64,000 nucleotides of DNA. Source: Macrostomum lignano (Eukaryota). A program made the translations under genes and the position numbers. Every line of letters begins with the position of its first letter. The first letter of the stretch is position 1. The notes below the pieces were generated by a model. It saw only the letters and a program-made list of their open reading frames with translations, had not been told where the DNA came from and did no database searches. Location of the stretch: positions 604,755 to 668,754 of the forward strand of contig NIVC01000129.1 of assembly GCA_002269645.1 (NCBI GenBank), in the 5' to 3' direction. Shown one piece after another: positions 39,227-52,639 of this stretch.

Positions 39227-39519
39227 TTAGGACAACCTCTAAAGTCTAATTCAGACATCGAAGAATGTCACTTGTACAGAATATCGCTTTTTGCAGCCCA
39301 TTTGGGTCTACGCGCATTGAATTTAATCCAAGATACGTTTGCCAATGTAACGCCAATCAATTTGCCGCTGTGCCAGCCTTGCTACCATAGACAAAAGCTC
39401 CGTTACATTGGCAAACGTATCTTGGATTAAATTCAATGCGCGTAGACCCAAATGGGCTGCAAAAAGCGATATTCTGTACAAGCGACATTCTTCGATGTCT
39501 GCTTTAGAGGTTGTCCTAA
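39227..39519. repeat. Near-perfect 293-bp inverted repeat (MITE/foldback-like hairpin)
   Basis: Arms 39227-39352 and 39401-39519, 48-bp spacer, one mismatch and one 7-bp indel; TA at both outer ends. Confidence 0.9.
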
Positions 39520-40758
39520 CTTTAACACTGGTATTTTTAGCCTTGAGACAGAATCTAAAGTATCTTTAAATTGTGCTTAGCACCTGACTTCCATTTAGGT
39601 TACCCCCTATATAACCGAATGTTCACTGTCATCACTGTCAAATTGGCTGCAGAAAGCTATATTAAACAAGAAATTTTCACTGCTGTTACCACTGATCTAC
39701 TCCATACAAATCCATCAATAGAGGTTGGGTCACCGAGTCCAAAAAACAAACGCTAAGCTTACCAAGTACGATACAAGAACGCGGAGGCAGCTACAAATGC
39801 CGAAGCACTTTTCGGACGAGTAGAAACGAGTTCGGGAAAATCGAAACGGGTGATCCAGCTTTTGATCTCGTACTAAAAGCCCGATGTAATTCTGATTGAT
39901 TATCGCATGCGATGGAACGAAGCGACTTTGATAAAGGGTCCGTATATTATGTCAAGGAGCTTTTAGCGTCTGCAATACATGCCCAGCTACTAGTATGCCA
40001 AGCCAATTTAGTTGTACTTGAGCGCTAAACGCAAATCATTTACGACGCGAAGCAACCCAACGTCACTTACCAAAGAAGACTAGTCCAATGTAAAAATCGA
40101 GACTGTTTAAATAGGCCTAGCAACTTCTGGCTAAAAAAGATGCAGTTCAAGGCGTGCAAGCCTTTATTTAACAGAGTTAGGAGAGCTTTTATAATTTGGT
40201 AGAGGGTGTCAATCGAATAGCAGCAGAGATGGGCGAAGTCAGAAACCGCAACGCCGCTAATGGTATGAAATGGGGCAGGCCAGTGCGGAGTTGAAGAATA
40301 AAGCAGTCACCGGGCTTCTATAGGGCAGGGCAGGGTAGCCTCTCTGTGCCAGGAAATTTTTTAGAGGGAAAGCTGGCGAAGGTCGGGATTCGGGAAGTAG
40401 ACCTCCCACTGGCCAAGGGAAGCAATTTTATACTGGCAGGGGAGCCGGCTAGCGCGAGACTCGCCGCGAATGGTACAACGCTGCAGGAGGGAGGGCGAGG
40501 AACCGTTGGCGCGGAAAGGCGGAACCTGGCGCGGCCATATGCATGCTTTTAAAATAATGGTCTCCGCGCGTTCATGCGCGCTTCCGGCTTGTTGAAATGA
40601 ACAATTACTAGAAATTATCTACATTAAATGTCTTTCCATGTCTGCTAAAAAGTAAATAGGAAAGTAATCGCGATCATAGCGAATTCGTCTTGATATTAAC
40701 TTAATTATTTTTGCAAAGACATACCAACATTTTCTTGTTTAACACCCTTATTAAATTA

Positions 40759-41086
40759 GGGGTTTGTAAGACTCGAGTGGTTAGAGCGTCAGACTCACGA
40801 CTGAAAGGTCGGGGGTTCGAACCTTGACTTACTCGGAACAATTTGTGTCCTTGAGCAAGGCAATTAACTTTACATTGTTTCAGCTCGATCAATTCAGCTG
40901 TAATTCTGTAAAATGGGTGCCAGCATTAGCTGGGGTAATTGAGGGTGTGTGTGGCGACCCTCCCCCTCAGTCCATGGACTGAACAGCCGTACGTTGCAGA
41001 CTTCAGATGCGCGGCGCAATAGCTGCGGCTGAGTTTTCGGCTGCACATCTGCCCATTAGGGCAGGTGCAATCAATTATTATTATTT
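40759..41086 (+). mobile_element. tRNA-derived SINE (family 2) with CORE-like central domain
   Basis: Head GAGTGGTTAGAGCGTCAGACTC...GGTTCGAACC (A/B boxes), then TGTGTCCTTGAGCAAGGCAATTAAC...CTGTAAAATGGG resembling the MIR/CORE-SINE domain; (ATT)n tail. Confidence 0.75.
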
Positions 41087-42134
41087 ATGTTTGACGAGTA
41101 ACTCAAGTAATGCAATAAGTAAGTAATGCGTTGATTAACGAGTAACTTAAGTAGCTGGTCAATGAGTATACGCGGAAAGTAACTGAAGTTAACCATGAAA
41201 CTCAAATAACTCAAATTCTGAATCGATCGATTAGGATCTGAAGAATCATGCGCATGCGCACTTCATTAAGAATAGCCAACACTAAAGCTAATATTTGAAG
41301 CAATCTAAAACACAGCAAACACCCCGATGTGTTGCATTCCAGAGCACACGCGTGCTGCAAAAACAATTAAATCGGTCAGTGTACGTACTGATATCGAACT
41401 GCCCTCGTACATGATAAAAATTTTATTGCCTTTATTTAAGTTACATGTACTTTGCCTTCATATGTTACACCCGCAACAGTGTTATGCAAGGCCGCATCTG
41501 CTAAAAAGGCCTTATGTTTTCACTCATTCTATAAGCGCCTTCTTACCCTGTCATGCATGAATTATTTCGCTAATCAATCGAGACTCCACAGTTGGAAAAG
41601 TTTAGAAATTACAAATAGTAGAGCTTAGAGCTTGGTGCAGCCAAGTTCAGAAAATTTTATTTGAAGTTTTTCGCCCAACACCAATGATTAAATGCACTGC
41701 GCCTTCAAATGCACTTATATTTGAGAGGAAATTAACTTGCGATGCAGTCAAAACAAAGTTTGCAGAATAGTTAGCGCTCTGTTTTGCTGAACCCAGCTGT
41801 TGTTCGGCATGAACTTCTGACGAATAGCTGAACTGGGACTGTTTGTTACAGCAAGTGCTAATTAAACATGACCGTCTATCATAAATTAGGCAAAAGTGCG
41901 CCTCATAGGCACACGATACGCCATGTACATTTTTCAACTCATGCATGAATTATACTGATACATACGCTCGTAGTAGTAGCACCATCAATACACAAGCCAA
42001 TCTCACGTCATGTGATCTCGCATGGTTCAAGCAGTGCTGAATTTGATAAGTGACCATGCTATAGGGAGTGTACATGTATGTTGTTTCCCTCTTGTTTTGT
42101 TTATTGTGGACGCTAACGGCTGAGAACTCGTTTT

Positions 42135-42285
42135 TGGAATAAATACGTTTTTTAGTCTATGGCCAAGCCGAAGTGGGGAATAAATACGTTTCTGTAGTCT
42201 ATGGCCAGACCCGATTAGGGAACAAATATGTTTCTGTAGTCTATGGCCAAGGCCCGAGTGGGCAATAAATACGTTTCTACAGTCT
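42135..42285. repeat. About four 40-bp tandem units (AAATACGTTTCTGTAGTCTATGGCC core) abutting the LINE remnant
   Basis: Visible. Confidence 0.8.
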
Positions 42286-42289
42286 AGAT

Positions 42290-43570
42290 CTCTACAGCCG
42301 TAGAGGCCGTAGAGGAAGATGGACTCGACCGCAGCTCGGAAGATGCACAGTTTGAGCTGGTCGTCCATCGATTAGGTGAAGGCAGGGCTGAGCTGGCCAG
42401 CTGCCCTCCAGGATTGTCCACGCCGGTCCGCAATAATTTCATCTGGAGGGGCAACAAGGTCGAGCCGAGGTAGCGGAACTCCCGCGGCACTCTACAATGG
42501 TGTCGCCGCTGTAGGGAAGATCAGAGCAGAGGCGTCCGTGATGCCGATGTGTAGGACCTAGGTTTTTTGGCGCTGATTCTCAAGCCTACTCGCTCGCCTT
42601 CTTGACAGAGGCGGAATTGAGTGTGCGCTGTGCGCGGCTTCCGGGTCTCGGCAGGAGAGGGCGATGTCGTCCGCATGAATCAGGAGGGCAGCGATCGTGA
42701 CACCGGGAAAACGTCGGCTCCTGCGGCGTGCGACGACAAAACCGTCTTCTTTCTCGAGCACGCGGCGGAGGACGTACAATCGAGCACAACGATGAAGATG
42801 GAAGGGGCGAGGGTGTCCCCTTGCAGGACGCCAGAGCTGGTGGAGAAGTCATCTGTGCGATCTTCGCAGAGCTGGAAAAAAGCTTTGATGTTACTATATA
42901 TAGGTCCATCACCGCGCAGAAAGGGGCTCGAGTAACTCCGTAAGCGGCAAGAATAAGGGGGATGACGGCGTTCGATGGTGTCAAAAGCTAATTAATGAAA
43001 TCAACAAAGATAATGCTGACATCATGTGTCTCAGCCTGCATGTTTCGACAATCCACTGGACGGTTGCGATTTGCTAGGTGATAGACTGGCCCGGCCGAAA
43101 TCCGCTCTGAACGGCGATGACACACACGAGCCGGTTTCTCAGAATCGAGTTGAGCAGTTTAGGAAGTGTGCACTCGAGCGCAATTCCTCTCTGGTTGTTC
43201 AGGTCGGTCGAGGTGCCCTTCTTCGGGATTAACACAATTTTTTTAGGTGCGCCAGGTCTGCGGGGCCTGGATGGAAAGGTCACCTCCGATTGGCGAGTTG
43301 ATGTTAAGTAGAGCCGTGACGATGCCAGTCAGTTCAGGGCCCAGGCAGCTTGAGCACCCTGGGAGGGATGCCATTGAGGCCCGGCGGCAGCAGTATCAGG
43401 CTTCATCAGCTGTCAAGGGCGTAGCGAACTTCACTCACAGTGATGGGTCCAAATCGAAGTCACTCTCATTCGCGGGGTTGAGACCCGGGATAGGGAGGAG
43501 GATCTGAACCGCAGGTGGCGGTGCGTTAAGGACACGGCTGTAATGCTCCACCAGCTTTTGCTTCCTGTCC
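42290..43570 (-). mobile_element. Degenerate non-LTR retrotransposon (RTE/RTEX-like) reverse transcriptase with stops and frameshifts
   Basis: RT motifs in order across frames: EHYSRVLN, IVLIPKKG...NQRGIAL...KLLNSILRNRL, QSGFRPG, VLQGDTLAP, HADDIAL, FRYLGS, RAAVESIFLYG. Confidence 0.88.
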
Positions 43571-45754
43571 TCCATAGAATCAGCCTCAAGCTGGAGAGCA
43601 TGTTCTACTTCTACAGCAGATCTATACTGTAGTCAGTCAAAACGTCGCGTCCTTACACAACCCTATAAGCACGCACGCACAAAATAGTGCATCGCAGTCT
43701 ATAGCATGCTTATGGAAACAAAACAAATCTACGAGTATTTAAAAAGAATGCCATTTAAGTGAAATGTGGGTTGCAACAAGAAGTTGAACTGGACGCACCA
43801 GGCACGCATTTTTGTCTTAAGAAATGCTTAGGAATCACTGACCTTAGTGCTACGGTCGTACAGTCGTATGCATTTGTCCAAGTCTAAGTCTCGACAAAAA
43901 CTTAAATAAGCAAACTACAATATACAACAATATGTACATGTACAGTCTGTTTGAAATCTACATGTACATTTGCAACATTACAGTATGGTTGTGGTAGATT
44001 TTAACTAATAAGTGTATGCAAATTCGCAAACTGTATTCCTTGGCTTATGGAAGACGGTTTTTTGTTAAATTACATGCAGTTAGTTCAAGTCATTTAATAA
44101 TAAGTATAGCTTTTTTCGCGCTATCTGGAAAAGAGGGGGCCATGCAAAACGGAACGGCCCATAGAGTTCTATGGCCAAGCCTTTGAATTTACTCTAGAAA
44201 GCAAGCCGTATGGAATGATAAACCAGAATGGAATTAACGTTTTGATCTTTTCACAGAGATAACAGAGACAAAGACTTTACGTTACGGTTTGCATGGCAAT
44301 TTCTTCGGAGTGAAGGCCTAAGGCACTTAGACGGAATACTCAAGCGATGGGAAAAGTGTGTTGCTACAGGCGGAGACTATGCTGAGAAGGCTGCCTTGAA
44401 GGTTGATGATGTATGACCAAAATTCGTTTCTTTGAGGACAAAACTGTTGTGTCGTGTAACCTGACAGACCAACTTAATGATAGATAATATTTTAAGAATG
44501 TTTCTACTATAACGTAAATGCTACCTATATTATTATTATTGCCTATTACTTATACTGCCACTTTAAGTAGAGTAGTTGATAAATTATCTGTATAATATAG
44601 TATTAATCACGTGATATCTCTAGCTCTTGAATTTATCGATCGTGGTTTTTCTTAAATATAGAAAATATACATAAAGCAACTGTGCGCACCTAGCACTTTA
44701 CCTTTTCAACTCAACTGAAAAACTTCAAGCCTTGGCTACACAACAAAAAACATCGCTTTTTATATTTTTTTAAAACTTTTTCTGTAAGACTATCAGTGGC
44801 ATTGCGGTTTTTCACACAAATTTTGAATGAAATGACCCAAATACACGCGACTGAATTCATTGTAAAGAAGAGATGTACCGCTAATTAAAATGACACCAAA
44901 GATATGCTTGCAGCTGCTACTGTTTTTGCTCTGGGATTAAAAGTGTCAGAACTTTCCGGACATCCCTCGTACATGTATGATCTTTGGCATGCCCTCTGTT
45001 TCACACAGCACCACAAAAGCTATAGTTATGATAGTTAAGTTTAGAACTCATTGAATTTTTCCCTGCTTATCCAAACCAAAATAAATTGAAAAGTCTTTTC
45101 AAAAAATGACCTGACTTGACTTGATAGTATTGATACATTTTAAAATTTATTACACAAAATTTAATTTATGCTGGCAGGGCTTAACTGGTCAAACAACTTG
45201 CATGGATAGAACACACCAATTGCTTAGTTGCTGTTTAAATTTCTTATTAAAAGATTTATTCAGAAGCATCAAATATACAGTATACTTTTGGATACATCTA
45301 AGAAAGAAGTTGCATTTATCGCATAACCAAAATAAAGAAACCCGAACAGTGAGTTGGGTCTGAACGAAAGGGGATTATTAAAATGCAGGCAAGAGCTATC
45401 GCACAAGGCAGCTTGTTATTTTTGCACAAATACTGATAGCACTAGGACAGGGGAAACTCTGGCTGTAGTTAATGAACAGACTGTTTAATGCAAAGCGAGC
45501 AGATATATACAGGCTCTAAAAATCTTACTGCTGTTAAAGGCCCTGTGTGTACTTGACGATACACAAGAATCTGAATAATACGCATCGAACTACAGCATGC
45601 ACTAGTCGAATTAAGATAAAATGATTCACACCCATATCTTTTGATAAGCCCGAAATTTTTAGGCCCCTTTCACAGTGGCGAAAGTTCATAACCCTGAATA
45701 AAATCCTACCAATACCTAACAAGGCCAGATGTCAAGGCATGACCAAAGGCACTG

Positions 45755-47802
45755 TTAAGCGTCTAGTTGACATACGCTATAGACGGATGTCTTTCGCTCA
45801 TAAACGGACGCCCAGAGCAGTCGCCGCTTATCGTTTCCATGGCAACTGGCTGGCGCAAATCCGTGACGTTTCAACAGGAACGAGCGCAGCGACGCCTGCA
45901 GGTCTGAGCAGACGGCTCGGACAAGCCGCAGCCGGCCGCTCGGCACGGCATGTCGCAGGGCGGCGCGGAGCAGCGCCGAGCCGACGCCTCGACGCCGGAG
46001 CGACCGCATGACAACCAGGTGGGTGAGCTCCAGGACTGGCGGCTGCTGCTGGCTATCGGCGTCAACTGGCGGAGCAGACGGCGGCGAAGGCAGCTGGCGA
46101 AGGGCCAGCACGCCTACAATGTTGCCGTTGCTGCTGAGGGCGGCCACCCACAGCCGGCTGTCGGAGAGACTGGCGGCGCGCAGCAGGCTCAGGCAGGAGG
46201 AGGCTGTCAAACATACAAATATATATGCTTAGAATTCATTTATCGCTACATATCGGGGACTGAAGTTGCAACTATGGGAAGTTCAATGCCTTTAATTACT
46301 GCGGTAAAGTGCAACGCGATACTGTAAGTTAAGAGATTGTACTAGCTCAACCTCTCCCAGTCTGAAGAATCCCCTTACTCCCCCTGCATGAGGAACCGCT
46401 TCTCCCTCCCTGAAGAATCCCCCGTGTCCCTGGACTCGCTCCACCCTGAAGATTCTTCTCTGTGTCCCTGAAGACTCGCTTCTCCCTGAAGATCCTCCTC
46501 TGTGTCCCTGAAGACTCGCTCCTCTGTGTCCCTGAAGACTCGCTCGACCCTGAAGATTCTCCTCTCTGTCCCTGAAGACTTGCTCGACCCTGAAGATCCT
46601 CCTCTCTGTCCCTGAAGACTTGCTCGACCCTGAAGATTCTCCTCTCTGTCCCTGAAGACTTGCTCGACCCTGAAGATTCTCCTCTCTGTCCCTGAAGACT
46701 TGCTCGACCCTGAAGATCCTCCTCTCTGTCCCTGAAGACTCGCTCCTCTCTGGAGAATTTCCCTCTCTGTCCCTGAAGACTCGCTCCTCCCTGAAGAATT
46801 CCCCTCTCTGTCTCTGAAGAATTCCCCTCTCTGTCCCTGAAGACTCGCTCCTCTGAAGAATCCTCCCCTGTCCCTGAAGACTCGCTTCTCTCTGAAGAAT
46901 CCTCCTCTCTGTCCCTGACGACTCGCCCCTCCCTGAAGAATCCTTTCTGTTCGTGGTTCTTTAAGAATGGCCCCAATTTTACTGTCTGAGAGAATATTTC
47001 AGTTGACCTATTAAAAAATTTACGCAGTGAAACTTACAACTTCCATGTGTGTGAGATTCAGTTATTACTGAAAGTAAAAATGCAGGGATTTGACAAATTA
47101 AAAAAATAGAAATCTAATCGTGCTTCATTTAAATAAATATTTCGGAATACGCCCAAAGCCAGAAAGAAGGAAATTAAGGGTGCCTATTCCGCTCACACAG
47201 GAGTTGTTTATGTGGCCTGCCATGAACACTTTGTGTGGCTCATTGTAGGCCTAAAAAACTAATAGTCAGATATTTGGCCACATTTCTACAGTAAGTAGAG
47301 TAAACAAAACATACATGCGCAACGATAATTAGCTGACAAGGCGTTTAGCTCAAAAAATACAGTCATAGTTACTCCTGCTGTTTACCCACAATAATATTAA
47401 TTTTTGCTCAGGTTTTTTATATGCAAGTTACACGGCCAGTGTAAATCAGGAGGTTGCGCATGTATGTTAACAAAAGTTAAAGCAACACTGAGCAGGCAGC
47501 TCACTAGGAAGGCAGCCGCTGCCGCTATCGCACAGTCTGGAGCCGCAAGCGATGCACACTAGCAGCAGCAGCATCAGCACAATCGCTGCCAGTAGTTCCC
47601 AGCAGATGCCCAGAGCCAGAGAATTGTGAGACACAGCGCCGCAGGCCATCAGACAGGTGAGGCTTAATCGAACCTGGTCAGTGGCCAGCAGGCGGGGAGC
47701 AGATTCTAAGAAGCTCCATAGGATGGCCCGCCGCATGAGAGCGACAACACTGACCTGATCGGCGGCCTCATAGGCGCGAATTCGCAGGCGGTGGCGCGCC
47801 AT
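45755..47802 (-). CDS. NAT8/camello/NAT14-like membrane GNAT N-acetyltransferase, 2 exons (about 248 aa)
   Basis: Exon 1 47802-47505 (RIRAYEAAD..., hydrophobic segment, phase-1 donor GTGAGC). Exon 2 46203-45755 (acceptor TTTGACAG; LWVA...IVG, LELTHLVV, acetyl-CoA motif A RRRGVGSALL, HGF). Confidence 0.85.
46360..46945. repeat. About 40-bp composite minisatellite (CCCTGAAGA-based) in the GNAT intron
   Basis: Visible; ORF 46347-46976 is its translation. Confidence 0.93.
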
Positions 47803-48094
47803 GAGATTGAGTTTAAAAATTGTTGATACTTCAAATAAAATACGAAAGCATTGGAAATGCAAAACTTGAAAATAAGGCATTTAGCTTAAAAGCGCAGGGT
47901 GCCAATTAGACAACAGTGTCCAGATTTATGGAATTTGATATGCCATAAGACATACCATGGCACAATAACTTAGGTTATAGCTTAGAAGGACAGACTATAA
48001 AGTAGAGTTTTGCCATTACTAAACATTACCCATATCTGTATCCATAGCAATAATAGCCTATCTATATCTAATATCTATATCTACCTTGTTCATA

Positions 48095-48275
48095 TAGTGC
48101 AATAATCCCTTTCTAATCTAGTGCAATAATAATTTTCTCTTCTAGTGCAATAATATTTTACCTATCAAAGTGCAATGATATTTTCTCATGTAGTACAATA
48201 ATCTCTTATTAAGCCAGTGCAAAAATCATTTACTCATGCAGTGCAGTAATCCTACTTATCTAGTGTAATGATATA
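48095..48275. repeat. Degenerate 24-bp tandem repeat (TAGTGCAATAAT core)
   Basis: About 8 units at 24-bp spacing. Confidence 0.8.
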
Positions 48276-48329
48276 AACTTTTAATAAAAAATTATGCAAC
48301 TAAGATTCAATCCTAGATTGCTGCATTAA

Positions 48330-49743
48330 CAGTAGGAATACCAAGCCATTTTTCCGCCCGTCGAACTACCAAGAGGGGGGGAAAAATTTCCCCCACCCCC
48401 TGACAATTTTTTTTGCTGCGCCGGAACGGAGCAACGCAGGCACACGAAATTCAAGAACACGGGCTAACTTTTTGTTGCGCACCTTCTCAAACAAGAATCA
48501 AGTCGCCAACCCTCCGGACTGTCGAGATATTCGACGATTCTGCCAGAAGGTCGGATTTTTCCCATAAGCGCCAGTGTATTCAGTACACCCCTGTGCGCCA
48601 GTAAGCACTGCGCCTCAGTGCAGCCTTGCCAAGTCTCCAAATTTCATCAGCACGTCGACCAAATGTGTCTGCATCAGCTCTGACTTCGTTGGTTACTGGC
48701 CTTCACCGAGACGGAGCTTCTAGACCTTCAACAGGTGGCACCAGGTGACTATGAACACCTTGATGCGAATTTCTCGAGTTTCACCGATCAAGCCTCGACA
48801 GTAGGCAAGCCTCAACTGCCGGACACCCTCAGCTAGTCTCCTGAGCATTCCGTCATCATCCCGACACCGTCGGCTCCTTCAACAGGTGGCATCAGGTGAC
48901 TATGGACGTCCTTTTGCAACTATGTCAGGTCTTTCTTATCAAGCTTCAATAATGGGCAAACCTCAACCGACGGACATTGTCAGCTAGTCTCTCAAGCATT
49001 CCGTCATCATCCCGACGCCGTCGGCTCCTTCAACAGATGACACCAGGGGAGTAAGGACACCCTGATGCGAATTTCTCTAGTTTCGCCGATCAAGCCTCGA
49101 CAGTAGGAATGCTTGAGAGACTAGCTGAGAATGTCCAGCAGTTGATTTTTGCCCACTGTCGAAGCTTGATCGGCGAAACTAGAGAAATCCGCATCAGGGT
49201 GTCCTTACTCCCCTGGTGTCATCTGTTGAAGGAGCCGACGGCGTCGGGATGATGACGGAATGCTCAGGAGACTAGCTGAGGGTTTCCGGCAGTTGAGGCT
49301 TGCCTACTGTCGAGGCTTGATCGGTGAAACTAGAGAAATTCGCATCAAGGTGTTCATAGTCACTTGGTGTTATCTGTTGAAGGTCTAGAAGCTCCGTCTC
49401 GGTGAAGGCCAGTAACCAACGAAGTCAGAGCTGATGCAGACACATTTGGTCGACGTGCTGATGAAATTTGGAGACTTGGCAAGGCTGCACTGAGGCGCAG
49501 TGCTTACTGGCGCACAGGGGTGTACTGAATACACTGGCGCTTATGGGAAAAATCCGACCTTCTGGCAGAATCGTCGAATATCTCGACAGTCCGGAGGGCT
49601 GGCGACCTGATTCTTGTTTGAGAAGGTGCGCAACAAAAAGTTAGCCCGTGTTCTTGAATTTCGTGTGCCTGCGTTGCTCCGTTCCGGCGCAGCAAAAAAA
49701 ATTGTCAGGGGGGGAAATTCCCCCCCCCTTGGTAGTTCTACTG
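48330..49743. mobile_element. 1.4-kb non-autonomous foldback-type DNA transposon with TTAA flanks (piggyBac-like ends)
   Basis: TTAA at 48326-48329 and 49744-49747; about 370-bp highly similar outer arms (48362-48725 vs 49385-49740); inner 151-bp subrepeats at 48725, 48876 and 49027 mirrored on the right; no coding capacity. Confidence 0.85.
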
Positions 49744-49841
49744 TTAATAGGTTAGGCTATTTGTACCTAGGCTCATTCTTAGGCCTAGAACTTATAAAAT
49801 AAATTATAATACTTATAATTCAATACTCATAGACACTCAGT

Positions 49842-50101
49842 GAGCCTTTTCATATTGCTTGTTCTGGTTCTAGAACCAGAACCAATTTGTGAAGTATAAC
49901 TTTTTGTCTCCATAACTAGAGGGAGATATGTGCTATACAGTTTTTATTATTGAATGACAATCGCCAAGAAGAAAGTGAAAAATTGTGCTTAGTTAGGTTG
50001 TTACGGCAGTCAAATATTAATAGAGTTTAATAGTTATACTGCTGTTTTTCTTGGAATTCCAAACCAGTTCTGGTTCTAGAATTGGTAATATGAAAAGGCC
50101 C
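49842..50101. mobile_element. 260-bp PIF/Harbinger-like MITE
   Basis: 15-bp TIR G(A/G)GCCTTTTCATATT (14/15 match), 3-bp direct repeat AGT on both sides, subterminal GTTCTGGTTCTAGAA near both ends. Confidence 0.6.
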
Positions 50102-51469
50102 AGTTAGAATAAAAGTTATACAAAGCAATTATGACATAATTAATTTCTTTGGTAGTATTAGTCTCAATTAAAGTTAACAATATGGATATGCAATGAAAAT
50201 CAAGTCTTATGCCTATTCTATGCTTCCATACTAATAGCATTATTATATTTTCAATTTTATAATGCATGTCAAGTCAGATTCACTATTTAGTAATTAGTTA
50301 TAATTGTAAAAATTAATGCAATTTTGATCAGAATTAGAATTTAACCAGTCAGTTTTTTTCAAACATTTTATAATAAATTTAAAGTTGAAAAGTCCACTAG
50401 ACCTTTGCAAAAACATAACTTCTTATATTTAATCTTTTTAGCATTGAGCAGTTTCTTAGACTTAAGGGGCCTAGTTGCAACATATATTATCATAGGAAAA
50501 TTTCCAATTAAATAGCATACTTTTGAAGAATAGTACACTAGTACACTAGCACAATTTTTGTTTAAATCAATGATGTAGGACCAAGACTGCCACACACCAA
50601 GACCACTACACTTGAGGAGCTAGGGGAGGAGGAATTTGGCTCAATATATTATTGAATGGTACTAGAGAGGAACCTATGAGAGGAATAGCAATGCTAGAAG
50701 ATTGGTAGCTCCCCCTCAATACCAATAAGCTAGCCAGTAATAGTTGTGGCAGTCTTAGTCATGCACCAAATCAATTAGGGCCTAGGGTCTACATCCAATC
50801 CAAATATACTAAATCTCTAATATTTGTATGCTTGCTTGCTTGCTTGTCCTCCAATATACTAAAAATGAAAATCTTGCTTGCTTGTAATCAATTAGAGAAA
50901 AAATGGCTTAACCGATTTTCATGAGACTTGCACTGTTCGATCAGAAATTTTCCCGTGACGGTACATGCATCGTGGCTAAGAAATTGCTTGATGCTAAAGG
51001 CATTAAATATTCAAAAAACATGCTTTTTGCAAAGGTCAAGCAAACTTTTCGACTTGAAATGCATTGTAAGAATGCTAGAGAAAAAACTGACTGGTTGAAT
51101 TCTGATTCTGAAATTGCATCATAACTGAATTGTAACTCCGACTTGAATTGAAAATGCAGTGTGGAAGTGTAGCACCAGACTTGATTTAAATTGCGTAACC
51201 ATATTGTTAACTGATACTGACTAACTGAGAAACTGATTATGTCATAACTGCTTCGTGTGATTTACTCTATGCTTGGATTTTAAAGTGTTGAATTATATAA
51301 GTGCAAAATTTGATGTTATCAAACTGATGAGAGCTAGCCTAGACGTGAACAAACTGAACTGCTAAATGCAGCGACGATGGTTTGAATTTACATAGAGTGG
51401 AATTTTTTTAAGTAAAGCTTTTCAACGTCAGGAAAACTAAAAGACTTTTTAAAAAGAAGTGTCATGTAA

Positions 51470-52620
51470 AAATCATAGAAGTGTCATGCAAACAATCATA
51501 GAAGCGTCATGTAAAAAAATCATAGAAGCGTCATGTAAACAATCACTGAAGCGTCATGTAAACAATCATAGAAGCGTGATGTAAACAATCATAGAAGCGT
51601 CATTTAAAAAAATCATAGAAGCGTCATGTAAACAAGCATAGAAGCGTCATGTAAAAATCATAAAAGCGTCATTTAATCATAGAAGCGTCTTTTAAAAAAA
51701 TCATAGAAGCGTCATGTAAACAATCATAGAAGTGTCATGTAAACAATCATAGAAGCGTCATGTAAACAATCATAGAAGCGTCATGTAAAAAATCATAGAA
51801 GCGTCATGCAAACAATTGTAGAAGCGTCATGTAAAAATCATAGAAGTGTCATACAAACAATCATAGAAGCATCATGTAAACAATCATTGAAGCGTCATGT
51901 CAAAATCATAGAAGCGTCATGAAAAAATCATAGATGCGTCATGCAAACAATCATAGAAGCGTCATGTAAAAATCATAGAAGTGTCATGCAAACAATCATA
52001 GAAGCGTCATGTAAAAATCATAGAAGCGTCATGTAAACAATCATAGAAGCGTCATGTAAAAAATCATAGAAGCGTCATGTAAAAATCATAGAAGTGTCAT
52101 AAAAAAATCATAAAAGCGTCATGTAAAAATCATAGAAGCGTCATGAAAAAATCGTAGAAGCGTCATGTAAAAAATCATAAAAGTGTCATGAAAAAATCAT
52201 AGAAGCATCATGCAAACAATCATGGAAGCGTCATGCAAAAAATCATAGAAGCGTCATGTAAACAATCATAAAAGCGTCATGCAAACAATCATAGAAGTGT
52301 CATGTAAACAATCATAGAAGCGTCATGTAAAAAATCATAGAAGCGTCATGTAAACAATCATAGAAACGTCATGTAAACAATCATAGAAGCGTCATGTAAA
52401 CAATCATAGAAGTGTCATGTAAACAATCACAGAAGCGTCATGTAAACAATCATAGAAGCATCATGTAAACAATCATAGAAGCGTCATCAAAAGATCATAG
52501 AAGCCTCATATAAAAACTAATGGAAGTGTCATTTGAGAAATCATAGAAGCGTCATGGAAGAATAAAATAAGCGTCATGTAAAAATCAAAATAAGCGTCAT
52601 GTCAGACATGAAAGAAGTGT
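51470..52620. repeat. About 23-bp minisatellite (AATCATAGAAGCGTCATGTAAAC), about 50 units
   Basis: Visible. Confidence 0.96.
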
Positions 52621-52639
52621 CATGTAAAAATTAAATGAA

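Noticed and set aside
50579-50760. 17-bp inverted repeat GAC(C/T)AAGACTGCCACA about 180 bp apart
   Set aside because: Possible MITE but no TSD and a single copy; insufficient support.
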